Source: Geosiphon pyriformis uo1 (lineage: Eukaryota; Fungi; Glomeromycota). From it: a DNA stretch of 64,000 nucleotides. Location of the stretch: contig JAAOMT010000468.1 of the NCBI GenBank assembly GCA_016748015.1, forward strand, positions 790,619-854,618, read 5' to 3'. Position 1 is the first letter of the stretch; each line of letters opens with the position of its first letter. Positions 11,501 through 24,595 of this stretch are shown piece by piece. A program made the translations under genes and the position numbers. Under the pieces are notes generated by a model. The model saw nothing but the letters and a program-made list of their open reading frames with translations, did not search any database and was not told the DNA's origin.

Positions 11501-14500
11501 TTTCCTACTTGTGTTGATCTTCCAAAGCATTCAAGGATGCATGGGTGGCAATAGAACCTAGTTGCCATTGAATATTCCTCATTATTCCCACAGCATGTGC
11601 CTATTGATGACAATTTCTTGCCACAATCGATGCATATAAGCTTAGGTCAACAATAGGTAGATTGTTGTGGTATAGTGTAGATGTTATAAGCAGTGGTAGT
11701 TTGGGTGGTCTCTTTTTCTTTTCCTTTCCCTTTATTTCTTTGTTTTCTTCTCATTTCCAGCTTAAAGTCGGTTTGCTCTCGTCATTGTCGGTCTATGTCA
11801 GGTCATCAGTTTCCCAAGTAAGTTCTTTCTTTTGTTTCCCTTTTTCCTTGTTGTTGTTGTCCCAGGAGAGTATTGGCAGTAGTTTGTTGTGCTTTTCATC
11901 CGCCCACAACACTTGGTAGGCTTCCCAGATAGGCTTTTCTTTCTCTTCCTCCAGTTCGATCAATAGTTTCTTTCTTGAAGGAGTTTTGAAGTGGCCACAT
12001 GTGGCCGAAACACATATGTGTTGGCCCTGATATGTTAGCTGGAGTTCTTGGGTGTTCCAGTCTAACATCATGTTGACTTTAGATAGTCAGTCATTACCAA
12101 CAAGAGCTTAATATTGAGTGGCTTCCATCACTAGAACTTTAATGAGAGTCATGATGCCATTAACTTTAAAAGGAAAGTTGTCGATTTTGCCGATTGGAGT
12201 TTTGGTCGCGTTATCGGCTGTGATGATTCTAGCGCTGACAGCCCAATCAACTTGGCAACCTAATTGATTCATGAGTTGTCTTGTGATTATGCTGCCTGTG
12301 GAACCACTGTCCAGGATCAATTTGATGGATTGTTCTTTGACTTTGGCATCAGTGTACATCACGGTGATTGGTTTGGCTTCAAGAGCAGTTCCACTAAATA
12401 ATGGCATTGTAGCTGTTTCCTCAAATTCAAAAGGGAAGATAGTGGCCAATGACTCGTCTTTGGTGATGGTAGCCAGTGAGATATTACTGGTGAGTGGTTG
12501 TTTTTGGGTAAATGCCGGATTATTGGTTGAAGCATCTTCTGGGGTGACCAGGAGACTTAAATAGTTCTGGGAATTTGGGTTCTGGGGTTGACCAGTATCT
12601 GAATTCTGCTGGTGTACTCCAGATGGTTGTTGTGAGAAACTGGGGATCAGTTGATGGACTACCATTGCCAATCTCCAGCTTTGTTGAGTCATTTTTGGTC
12701 TTTGGGTTCCATTGGGTGGTAAGCTTTAGGGTGGTGTTTGTATCTGTTGGGGTTGATAAATTATTTGTGGCTGTGATTAATATATTACTTGTGGCTGCAG
12801 CTGATAAATCGGAGGTTGATATACTGGAAACTAATAGACTGATGACTGCGTCACTGGTAGGTAAGCGGGTGGGTTTTGATTTGGGTACTAATTCGGAGTT
12901 TGGAACTGATGATCAGAGTTTCAATATGGATTTCCCAATTGTTGGTTGTTTAAACGCTGGTGGCAGTCAATTTGGATATGTCCTTGTTTTCTACAATAAT
13001 AACAAATATGCGTTTCCTGTTGCCACTGTTGATTGGTTAATGAGGATAGACATGGTTGATTTTGGGCACGATTAAAGTTTCCTTGATTGTTGTGGTGTTG
13101 TGGAGGCTGATAAATGGCGTAATTGTCAGTTAAGTATCCTTCCAATCTCTTATTGATTGATTCACTGAACTTCTCAAATTTGGAATCCAATTCAGATAAT
13201 CCGTTCATTACTAGATTAATGGCTTGGGCATGATTAGCCTCTGACTCAGCGGATTCAAAATCTCTGGCACATGTGACTGCGTCTTGAAGCGTGCCAGGAT
13301 GCAACAAACGTACATGTTGCAAGATACTGCTGCATAGGCCACAGATAAACTGGTTGAGTATCTGTGGTGTTGTGAAATAGTCATTGTCAATTGCTTGAAT
13401 TTGGTGCAAGTTTTAATAGAAATGTCCCAGGTAAGTAATAACTGCTTTAGTTTCTCCTTGTTTCATGGTGGTGAATGTATTGACTAGGCGATTAATGCTA
13501 TTGTTGTTGCTGAAATATCTTAGGAATTCCACTTTGAAAGCATTGAAATCTTGTGATTTATTAACCAAGCTCTGATACCATGAATTGGTGGTATCCTTGA
13601 GAAAATAGGGAATGACTTGTATGGCTCAGACGTCATTCCATCCATTGGCTGCAATGGCCTTTTCTACATCATTCAGCCATACTTGAGCATCATTCTCTTC
13701 ACCAGTAAAGTTGTCGAGTTTTGCAATTGGTGCATAGGCCATTGGATCTAAGTTATGTGGTTGTGGTGGCTGTTGAAACAGCTGTTGTTGTACTGGTTGT
13801 TGGGGTGGTAGTTGAAGTAGCTGCTGTATGGGTTCAGCTATGGAATTAATCGGTGGTTAATCAATAACAATTACCAGAGATAAGTTTTGTTGATTAATTA
13901 CTTCGGGATTTGGATTGTTCTGTCTTTGATGATTCGGAGTTTTGATTTCCGAATTTTTTAGATTTAGATTTTGTTGAGATTGAAAATTCGGGGTTTCAAT
14001 TTCCGGGTTTTCGGTAATTGGGTTTTAGTAAGTGAATTCTTGATCCTTTGATTCCTCTTCCTCTTTTTCTGATTCTGCCGCTTCCCATGGATCAGAGATT
14101 CTGAAATCTGGTAGAGGCGGTGGTGATCGAAGTCCTGATAGGGTTGATGATCATGAATTAAATCTCTCAAAGTATTCGCCATATGGTCCCAGCAATTCTG
14201 TTTTCCTTTGTCTACTTTGGAATGGGAATCATCCAAATACTGATGTCGCAGTTGATAGGAATGCGTCTGTTGATGATATGTTGATGGCGCTTCTAGGTAT
14301 ATAGTGGTAGGATGGGTTGCTTGGGGATTCAACTCTGTTTTTCTTCCAAGCAGGTGGCTATATTTTTCTGGATGTTACTGCTGGTGTTTGTAATTTTCCC
14401 TTACCTTTACTAGTGTAGGTAATTGGATATTTTTGTTGAGTGTGATGTTCAATTTCTTTGTTGATCTCAGTGATGATGGATGTGAAATTATGATTTGTTG

Positions 14501-14723
14501 ATAGGTTGGTGTTTTGAATTAATTCTTTATAGAAAGTTTCTCTTGCTGATTCAGTATTCACTGGTGTTCTTAATAAAGAAGAAATCTTTTCATTGACGTA
14601 GAAATTGAAGGCTGATTCGGCAGATATATGATTGTGGTTTAATCCCAAGTATTAACAATAGTGTTGAAATAAGGATTTTGCGAATTCTAAATGGTTTGCT
14701 CCTATATTTTCTGATTCTGCCAC
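8522..14723 (-). pseudogene. gag-pol: Gag-protease-Cys-rich-dUTPase-RT-RNase H polyprotein of Gypsy A (stops, two frameshifts)
   Basis: Knuckle CYYCRKQGHIQIDC, protease LILDSGS, RT (CVDYRKLN, LDLDSGYWQ, MPFGL, YLDN), RNase H (TDAF, EQEHLAI, TDH, NADGLS). Confidence 0.93.
10354..10745 (-). pseudogene. dut: dUTPase domain within the Gypsy A polyprotein
   Basis: All five trimeric dUTPase motifs: AGFDL, RSS, IIDMEYVGNI, KIAQAI, RGIQRFGSTG; one stop at 10426-10428. Confidence 0.92.
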
Positions 14724-14766
14724 TTTTGGTTTGGTGTTGTCAGTGCTGGTTCTCTGTAGGATTATA

Positions 14767-14783
14767 CCTCACAGGGAGCACCA
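14767..14783 (-). promoter_or_regulatory. primer binding site of Gypsy A copy 2
   Basis: - strand TGGTGCTCCCTGTGAGG, complementary to a tRNA 3' end (..CCTCACAGGGAGCACCA). Confidence 0.9.
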
Positions 14784-14785
14784 AA

Positions 14786-15673
14786 TGTTATAAGTGAAAT
14801 TTTGCTGCTTCTGAATTAAATAACAAACTCGTAACTTGGTGCTCAATTGATATAATCTGGTTGGTAATATCTGAAGGTGTTGTATCTGACAGGTTTTTAT
14901 GGATCTGAAGGTTTTGGTTGAGTTCTTTGTATAATAGACAGAGATTCAATAGTGTTGATAGTAGATGTATCTTTCTAAGAGTTTTCCCAATTTCTTTTTC
15001 AGCATGGTGGCCGGATTTAGTCTGGCAGTTGTGCTCTTCTGGTAAGCTATCTGATAATATATAAACTCCTACCCTTATTTCTGGGTTTTTTACTAGGCTA
15101 TTCTTGACGTCAATAACTCAGCACTTAATTTTTAATCAATTAGTATACAACAACAAATCAAAAATAAAATAAAGAAAAGAAATAAAAGAAAAATAAAGAA
15201 AGTAAACAAATAAGCCAAGGTGATTTGCAGATTAGTATCCCATCAATAGCCGTGATCAAGAGCTATTGTTCTAGCATGGTTAAGTATTAGTTACTATCAA
15301 CATGAAGGGTTGATAGTGGGGAGGGGATTAAGATATGAAATAATTATTTATTTGATGATTGCGTTTTTAGACTAAGAATTCTGTGATATCGATTCTGTCT
15401 TTTCTGTTTCTAATACTACTGCTATATATACATAATTGGGATTTCTCAATTCCTCAATTCCTCACGACAGGAATCCTAGAATTCCTGGAATCCTGTGATT
15501 CTTTTAAAAGGAATTCTGGAATTCTGGAATCCTGCAATTCCTCATTGGGGAATCCTGAAATTCCTGAAATCTTGCAATTCCTGAGAGGAATCCTGGAATT
15601 CCACATTTACTATGCTTACTTCTGATTGGCTAATAATTATGCTAATATATTTCCTATATTTCTATGAGTAACA
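14786..15673 (-). repeat. 5' LTR of Gypsy A copy 2 (888 bp)
   Basis: Direct repeat of 5492-6378; adjacent PBS. Confidence 0.96.
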
Positions 15674-18600
15674 ATGGCTTCTATAACTGGTGTTGCTAGC
15701 ACCTCCTTTTCAAAAAAAATGGTCAAAAAGACTAAAAGTTCAGAAAAGTGGGAGCAGTTGCTTGTCTCTGCTATTGTTACACCAAACCCCTTTGTGGTTC
15801 CCAATGAGATCTTAGATAAGATCTCTATAGCATCATATGGCACATCATTTAAGATAGACCAAAATCAACCACTGGCTGTGTTGTTAAATGTGATGTCTTT
15901 TGACAAATTATCACCAGTTTTAAAAGCAAAGCAATCTCCTTCTGTTAGGTCACCTATTTTTGAGAACTGGGCTGATCAAATGAAAACTAAATTATCTTTT
16001 CCTTTAGTTTTTGGTGCTACTTTTAGTGGTGCTTGGGAAACTATTACTAGTCATTAAAGATTTACTGGGTGAGTGGTCTCTATTCTAGTGCCTAGTGCTA
16101 CTTTTAAGATCAAATTGGCTTATGTTAAGGCTGTTTTTCAATCAGTACATGGTTTCTTGGGTGTAAAGTCAGTGTTAAAAAACAATGTGAAGCTGTTTTG
16201 TATGGAGTTTGCTTCTTAAGTGTTTTTGAAAACCACATTTCTGGTTGAGCTTACAAGCTTTATACATTTGGCCACTCTTAAAATTGCCAAGTCCTTGGTA
16301 GTTCCTGAGTCTGGCTCTTTTTCTGCTGCTGTTGCACTACATAATGTGCCTTTAGGTGTGTCTGCTGCTGACATTAAGACAGCTCTTAGTATTTTTGGTG
16401 TAATTACTTATGTTGTACTGAAGTCTGCTGGCATTTGACAGTATGTTGTAGTCTATTTTGAGAATTTAGTTGCTGCCACATCTGCTTTCAATTACTGGTC
16501 AGTTTTGGTGAGCAAAGATAGTGTTTGAATTCTTTTTCTTGTGAATCAACAAAAAACAATTGTGTTTTGTGATAGGTTTAAGGCCAAGTTGGTCAACCTT
16601 TTTTTTAACTGCACTGTCTTTGAAATCAGTAATATGGTTTCTTAAGTTGGTAGTTGGACTTGTTTTATTCCTTAATCTCCTGATTCTGGTCATCATTTTT
16701 GCTTTGCTCTGGTTACATTTGGCTCTTAAGCTGATTTGAACTTTGCTGTTATTAAAACTGGTACACTAAAAAAGTGCTATATTTGGTAAGAAACTCCTGG
16801 TTGTCAGCATTGTTTTTGGTGTCAAGAGATAGACCACTTGACCATGGACTATAAAGTTGCTCCACCTCCTTCTTTTAAGGCTTCCAAGATATTTAAACCA
16901 CATTTTGTCAGTTCTTTGTCTTATGCAAAAGCATCTGTTCCCTCTGTTCTTTTTGAGTTTTCTCTTTTGGTGGCTTTTGCTCCTCCTGTTGCTGTTGAAA
17001 ATTTTTTGGTGTTCTCTTGGCTGGTGTTTCTGGAATTTGATTTGGCCAAGCTTTCTGTTTTGGTTGAATCTATTGTCAAGCCTGTTGGCTCTATGGTCAA
17101 AGTTTTTAAACAATTTGTTAATGGTAATCTGGTTTCAAGTTCTGCTCTTGGTCTTAGAATCAATAAGGTTTTGGTTCACATAAGTATCTTTAGCAGAGCT
17201 GTTGATAAGTTGGAGTGAAAAGTAGTTACTCTGAAAACTGAGTGTGGTTTTAAGAACATTGATATGTCTGGCTCTCATGTAAGTTTGTTATCTTTTGATA
17301 ATAGTATGTTTTCTAATTTGATGTCTCTTTGGGAACATGAATTTACTGCTATAAAGGCTAATGCCTTTAAGACAGCTGAATGATTGGTTGGATTGGTTAA
17401 TAATAGTGTTACATTATTTGAAATTGTTTAAAAGATGTCTTCTTTGGATAGGTTTTCTTCTGATGTATCAACATAGTATAGCTTGAACTGGCTCGAGTAG
17501 CTGATTATATGTAGTAAGCATGTGAACCATATTTAGCTCTGAATTACTTAGTTTGGTTCTAATTTCTAGATAATAGTTGGACCATACTCATTAAACTCAA
17601 AAAAAAAAGATTGGGTTTGGTTTAATATAAAAAATATGAGCATTTTGAATACTTTTTTCTTAAATATAATTTTGAAAACTTTTTTGTCTTTACTTTGAAA
17701 AAAGTTTATAGAAAATTTGTTTTAAATAAGAATTTCCTTAAACTAGTCTGCTTTTATGTTAAAAAAAATGTTTTTATCTCTTAATCTGCTGCTTTTAATA
17801 GCAAATTTTGAACACAAATAGTTTTTTTGGTTGTTGTTTTTGCTAATATTTGCTCTGTTTTTTTTTCTAGTTTTTTTTGCTCTGGTGCTTCATAATTTAA
17901 TGAATTTTTTTTCATTTCTTAAAAAACATCTTTTGTTAATGCTTAGTTGGCTTTTTTAAAACAGTTTTTAAAGTTGTTAATTGATCAAGTATCTAATATT
18001 ATATACAAACTAAGCAGTTTGAAATTGATATTTCTGGTTTTTATTTTTCTATTTCGATTAATTTGGCAGTTTTGAATTTAAATTTGGATTTAAATATGGT
18101 TTTGAACAATTCACAAATATTATTTTTTCTCTTTTTAATAACAATAAATAGAAATTTAAGTTTAAATATAAGCTGTTCTAAAATTTTAATTATTAATATA
18201 AGTGGTCTAAAATCAAAAATAGTTGCTTTTAAAGTATTTATTGTTTTTGTTCTAACAAAATTAAATTAATTATATACTAGTTTAAGTTTTTAGGTGTTTT
18301 TATTATTTTAATAATTGATTTTATTTAGAAAATAGTCATGTGTAATATTAAAAACATAAACAATTTAGCTAAAAAAAAACATTGTTTATTAGTATATAAA
18401 ATTTGACAACATGGTTTTAATTATTACAAAGACAAAGTTAAGATCTAATATTAAGTCATAAATTATAACCAAGTTTGATAAAATTTGAATTTTCATTTTT
18501 GGTTTGGATAAGAAATTTTTAGTGCTAGTATAATTATTATTATAAACAATTTTCTAGTTTAATATATTTCAAAAGTAAAAAAAATTTCAGACCAACTTAT

Positions 18601-21600
18601 TTTAATCTATTTTTATTTAAAAATAAGCTTTTAGTTATGGTTTTGAATTTGTATGTTGGTGTTTTTACTAGAATTAGGTTTGGTAAAACATTAGAAATCA
18701 ATTTCTTTATTGTTAAAGTAATTAATTTTAGCTTTTTTGTGGTTTTAAATAAAGATTTCAATAAGAATAAGTTTAAAAAAAGTGCAAGTTTCAAGTTTTG
18801 TTTGGATCTAAATTTGGTTAATTTATTTAATAGACATTTAATCAAAATTTCTACTTAAAGCAATTTAAAAAAAGTTGAAAAGATTATTGATTATATTTTT
18901 ATGAGTAAAAATTTATTATCTGTAATTGTGAATTATAAAATTAATTCTGTATTTGACTTTTTTAATACTAATTAAAAACAATTATAGTCTTAATTAGATT
19001 AAGTAATTTTATAAATATTTATTTAAATAGTATTCATAAACAAACAAATAAGAATTATTGAAAGTTTAGTAAAAATACAAATAATGTTAAGTAAATACAC
19101 TTTTAGAAATGTTTTTTTGCTAAGCTTTTAGTAACAATAAGTGAATTTGTAAATACAAAAAATCTTAGTAATATAAATAGAATATAAAAATATTAAAGAA
19201 AATAATAATAAATTTAGTAAATAAAATTTTTTTTAAATATTGGTACAATAAATTTAAATATTTAAGGAACAAATAATTGTCAAAGTTTTTTAAGTTAAAA
19301 TTATTAATTACCAAAATTATAAAAAAGATAAGTTTAAATAGTAAGTCTAAATTTAATAGTCTTATTGTAAAATAATTAGTCATTAATAATAATAAATTTT
19401 TCAAAGTCAATGATATAATTTGGAATGATGTAAAATCAATAAATATTATTAAATATTTGTTAATAATCAAAAAAAAGTATAAAAAGTTTAAGTACAATAA
19501 ATTAAAAACAGTCAAAAATATATTAATTAGAAAGATAATTGACTAACACATAAAAAATTTTAGTTTTAATAAAAAGAGTATAATAAAAAGTATTTTAGAA
19601 CAGTTTTTTTATAAGATAATTTTGGACTATTTAGTAATTAAGAAAAAATTGGTTCTAAAACTATATAAGGTGAAACTTAAGATTAATAAAATCATAATAA
19701 GTTAAATAAAAAAACAAAACATATTTTTAGTGTTGTTTGATTTGTGATTTTGCCAGTATATATTATTAAATTATATAAAAAAAAATGTTTTTTTTATGTA
19801 ATAAAGAAAATTAGTATGAATGAATTGGTTTTGATAATTAGTGGTTTGTCTAATAATAAAGTTATTAGCCTATTTAGCATATTAAATAAACTTTAAAAGC
19901 ATTGTAATATTATAATAATAAGATGTTATCTGGATTTATTAAATTTTTGTTTGGCTTTTAATGACATTTTAGTTTTTAGAAAAAAGCATAAATTTTAATG
20001 ATTCTTAAGTCTTATAATTAAAATAGTGTTTTAATAAATACATAATTTATTGTACTAATTAAAATAACTAGAAAAATTTTATCTAAAATTCTGTTAAATT
20101 ATATTTTATTTGTTTATAGTAAGTTTAATGTTTTTTAAAGTAACAATTTTTTAGTTTTAAAGGGTATTTTAACTTAATTTTTTGTGTTTACTATTGGTTT
20201 AATAATAGAAAATACTTTGAAAAAAAACTAAAAGCTTTAATTAGTTCTATAAAATATGTATAAAGCATATAATTTAGTTAAATAGTATTATTTAGAAGCT
20301 AATTTACAGTATATTAGAATATTTAATAAGTTTATTGAGTTTTTTAGAAATATACATAAGAACAAAATCAACAAAATAATAACTAATTTGGTCTTTTAAA
20401 TAGTTATAAGATACAAAATAAATTTGATTAAAGTAAAATGTTTTCACTATTTCTTTGAAAAATTTTTTATAATCTTTTGTTATATAAAATAAAAAGATAT
20501 AAAAATTTATATAAATATAAAATAAACACAAACTTTGTGGCAAAATAAACAAAATAAAAATTAATAAAAAGATCTATCTTTTTTGTAACTGGTACTTTTG
20601 TTAATACTATGATTTGAATAAAGAATAATTAGATTTTAATACAGTATATTTTAGATATAGTTAATAAGTTTTTTAGAATCAATGATATTTTTATTAACAA
20701 TAACAAAATAATAGTTATTTCTATTAACCAAAAAGTTATAAGTACTTTTTTGTATATTAGTAATAAACTAATTTTTATTGCCAAACAAAATAAATTTTAC
20801 AGATACTTAAAAATTTTTCTGTTAACAAAGAGTATGTTTAAGTTAAGTTATATTAAAATTCATTTGAATATTAAGTTTTTTTCAAATATAATTCTTAAAA
20901 AGACATTATTAGGCAAACAGTTTTTTATTTAGTTTTAGCAATTTTGTAGTTTATAGTTGATTATTGAATACAATTTAGTTTTGTATCTAAAAACACATAT
21001 CTAAAATAAGATGTTATAATAAAAAAAAAAGCTTAAATTTAAGACCAATTTGTTTAAAAACTTTCTTAATAAGACTTTATACCACTTATTTTTGTATAAA
21101 TTGGTTTTTTTAAATAAGTACAAATAGAAACCAAAATGGCTTCAATAGTTAGATTTTTTAATACAATAAAAATTCTTAGCTGATTGTTCAAATACTTTTT
21201 TTTGAATTTGCAAATTTTAAATTAAACACTTATAAACTTATTGTAGTATTTAGTTAAGTTAAAAGTTAGTCTTATAAATAATTTTTTAATGAATATTATG
21301 AAATTTTTTTTGAATAATAAAATTTCTTTGGTCAATAGTTTGTCTAATGTGTTTTATAATATTGGTTATTTTTTAATATTCAGAATATTAGAAAATTTTT
21401 ATTATTTTAATGTAGTTTGTTCTTTAAAATACTCTAATATTATATTTAAAAACAAATTATTGGATAAATATAAACTGGTTATAAATTAAAAAATTTTTAT
21501 CATTGAAAAAAATTGTGTTTTAAGAGTTTAATACTATTATAATTTAAAAAAGCTTTAACTTACATAAATAATTTCTCTGTTAAATTTAATAAAATTATTC

Positions 21601-24462
21601 TTAGTTCTGATTATTCAGATTTTTTTGATCAAAAAATTTTCAGATATTTAAAAACATTTACACAAGTTGTAAACTAAAGTAATAAGTATTTATATTAATA
21701 ATTTATTAAAAGACTTAAGTATTACAAAAATAGTTGATAGAGCAGCAATTTACTTTTTTAATATTTAAATAAGTGTAAATATTAAGATATATGGATTACT
21801 GTTTTTAATAATAATAAAATTATAGACAATTTTTTTACTATTTTTTTGCTTAATAATTTTGTATATAAAATACCAGATTGTTATTAGTATATATGTTTTA
21901 GAGCTTAAGCTTAATTGGTCTAATTTTTAGAACAAATATTAAATAAAAAGATACTATATAACTAATTTGATTAAGTTAAAGAATATTTTTGTAAAATAAG
22001 TAAAGATCAAAGATCATTTGGAAAACACCAATAATAATTAAGCAAATATTCTTAAATGTATTATAATCTGGTTTTATTTAGCTTTCTTTATTAGAGTTTA
22101 TAAAAAATTTATAATAACTGATAATTTAGTTATATTAGACAATATTTGTTATTTTGTTAATAATATTTATTAGACTGTTTATTATATTCAATAGAAAGTA
22201 AGTTTTAGTGTAAAGATTATGGATAATTTATTCATCTAAAACATAAGCTGAACTTGTATTGTCATAGTTTGGTATTTAAATTCTTATATGCTTTCTGAGT
22301 TTATTAACAAAGCTTTAGTGGTTTTTTACATATATTTAATAAAAACAGTTCATAAAAGATTATTAATTATAATTAGAAAAAGACTTTATAATATAAATTA
22401 TCTAAACATTTTGTGTTTGTTGTATAGTAATATTAAACTGTTTAATTATGTTTTTACTTGTTTAAAGAATACCTTTATGCAATCTAAAATCTTGCTTGGT
22501 TATGTTAAGTTGTAAAAATTTTTAATAAAAATCTGTTTTTCTTAATTATTTTTAGTGCTTCTTATTTTAAGAGCTTTAAATATTAGTATTTACATAATCT
22601 TATACAAGGATTTTATTTTTAAGAATTAAATTAATAAAATAATATTAATTTTTAATAATAAGAAAAAAAATATTTTGATAATAATTAATTTTATTTATAG
22701 TTTAATTAAGAAACATTATAGTAAATTATAGATATTTAGGTTAAAATTCAAAATAAACATGAAAAAATGGCTTAATAAGTAATAAAAAAGTATTGCTTAA
22801 TGTTTTTTGTAATCTGTTTGGTTTTTCGTTAGTTAAAATAGTTTATTTGCTTAATATTATTAAGTTATTTGCTGTTAATTTTAAACTATATAAAGTTTGT
22901 TTGTTTTTTTGAATGTAAACAATAGTATAAAAATTTGTGTAGATGTATAATATTGTTTTAACTGGCCCAAATAACTGGTCACATATAGTAAGTATATAAG
23001 TTATATTTAATTAGAATTATTTAGTTTGTTTTTTTATATTAAATAATAATTGAACTATATTTGTTAATTAATAATAATAAAAACAAATATTAATAAAATT
23101 TATTATTATAATACTATTATAATTAAAACTATAGTTTTTATTAATTATTACATATATTAATTAATAATATTATATAATTAACTATTTTATTTTTAAATAA
23201 TAATTATTAATTTAGTTTATAAACTATTTTAAATAGTTATATAAATAATTAATTTTTTAGTTATAAAAAGATATATTAAAATCAAAATAATAAAATAAAT
23301 TACTATTTAATGTTTTTTATATTGTTTATTTTTTTTCAAATTTTTATTTTTTAGTATTTAAATATCTGTAAATAAAAAATTATTTGTTGAAATTTACATA
23401 TCTTATTTTTTCTTTTTTTAATTTGTATTTTTAAAATTAATTTACTTACTTTTATAATTTATTGAATAAAAAAATAATCAAAAAACACAATAATATTTGT
23501 TATTAATTTTAAAAATTACCAAATAAAACATAGAATAATAATAATAATATTATTATTTTTTAATAATTATAAACTATTTTTCTACTTTTAGGTTTTTCAA
23601 AAAAATCAAATAATTATAATTTTAAGATTAATTACACATATTAAATCTTTATAAATTTAATTTACTTTTTTAATTAAATTATTTTTTAATTATTTTAATT
23701 ATTTTTAATAGTTTTTTTTTTGCTATTTATTAAATTGTTATTTTAATCATAATAATACTTTATATAAACAATAATTAAGATATTAACAACAATATTTTTT
23801 TAATTTAGAAAAAATTACAATACATATTAATTAATAATATCTGCAATTAACAAAATTTTAAAGAAATACTTAGTAAAAACCAATAAAAAAGACTCAAAAA
23901 AAATCAGAAAAGAGCAATTTACAAATATTAAAAACTTTAATTTAAACTTTAAGAAAAATAGGTTAATAATAATTATTATTATTAAAAAAACAATATTTTT
24001 TTTTATTTGCACAATTTATATTATTATACTTTTAACAATTATATTCAAGTTTTATTAAAAAAAAGCATTGTTATCTTATCTAATATTTTACAAATTCTAA
24101 GTTTTAACAATACTTAAAAAAAACAAAATTTTTGGTCCAAATTTCTTAAAGAATATGAATTTTTTTTAAGAAATTCACTCTAATTACAGCATTAAATTTC
24201 GAAATAACACCTAATTGGAAACAAAAGAAACAGTTGGTTAACTAAAAAAAACCCCCAATCAATAAAATTTCGATTTATAAGTACCAATAAACTCCAAAAA
24301 TTAACAGAATTGTTAATATTGTTATTAAACCAAAAATTAAATCTATAATTTCCAATTTTATTGTTTTGAATCTTATTGTTTTAGTAATTAAAGTAAAACC
24401 TCCAGTTTTTGTGATATTTTGGCTTCGAAATAAAATTATTTCTAATATTTTTAATTGTTCTA

Positions 24463-24533
24463 TTGGAGGTTGTTATGGGTTTTGAATTCATTCCAAGGGT
24501 TAATGCACAATTAACAACAGCATCACTGAACAT

Positions 24534-24595
<62 letters not shown>

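Larger units (their letters stand above)
5492..15673 (-). mobile_element. Complete Ty3/Gypsy LTR retrotransposon, family A, copy 2 (10,182 bp), dUTPase-encoding
   Basis: Two ~888-bp LTRs with TG...CA ends; 4-bp TSD ATGG (5488-5491, 15674-15677); PBS; PPT; domain order Gag-PR-dUTPase-RT-RH-IN. Confidence 0.97.
5167..17476 (+). pseudogene. LINE ORF1-like protein (~707 codons after removing the Gypsy): RRM-like domains, CCHC knuckle, coiled-coil-like C-terminus
   Basis: 5167-5487 joins 15674-17476 in one frame (..KVVFPS-MASITG..). ORFs at 15674, 16220 and 16838 share that frame. VALHNVPLGVSAADIKTALSIFG (RRM-like); CFWCQEIDHLTMD(Y) knuckle. Confidence 0.85.
5129..17607 (+). mobile_element. ORF1-only non-autonomous non-LTR retroelement (HAL1-like), ~2.3 kb net, split by the Gypsy insertion
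   Basis: TSD AGATTG at 5123-5128 and 17608-17613; single ORF; LINE 3' hairpin at 17486; poly(A) from 17599; no ORF2. Confidence 0.85.
3893..23080 (+). mobile_element. Heavily decayed full-length LINE (ORF1 ~3962-18310, ORF2 ~18311-22950), interrupted at 5129-17607 by nested elements
   Basis: Collinear with the better-preserved LINE at 54691-61526 (5' UTR, ORF1 start, endonuclease start, RT, RNase H, stop at 22948-22950, 3' hairpin at 22960); G and C largely replaced by A and T. Outer limits approximate. Confidence 0.85.

Noticed and set aside
969-13075. + strand ORFs over the Gypsy A copies (969-1289, 10517-10825, 12271-12564, 12575-13075 etc.)
   Set aside because: Antisense shadows of gag-pol with no independent motifs.
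3583-15625. ORFs inside LTRs (3583-3819, 6088-6330, 15383-15625)
   Set aside because: Produced by the stop-poor GGAATCCT repeat array.
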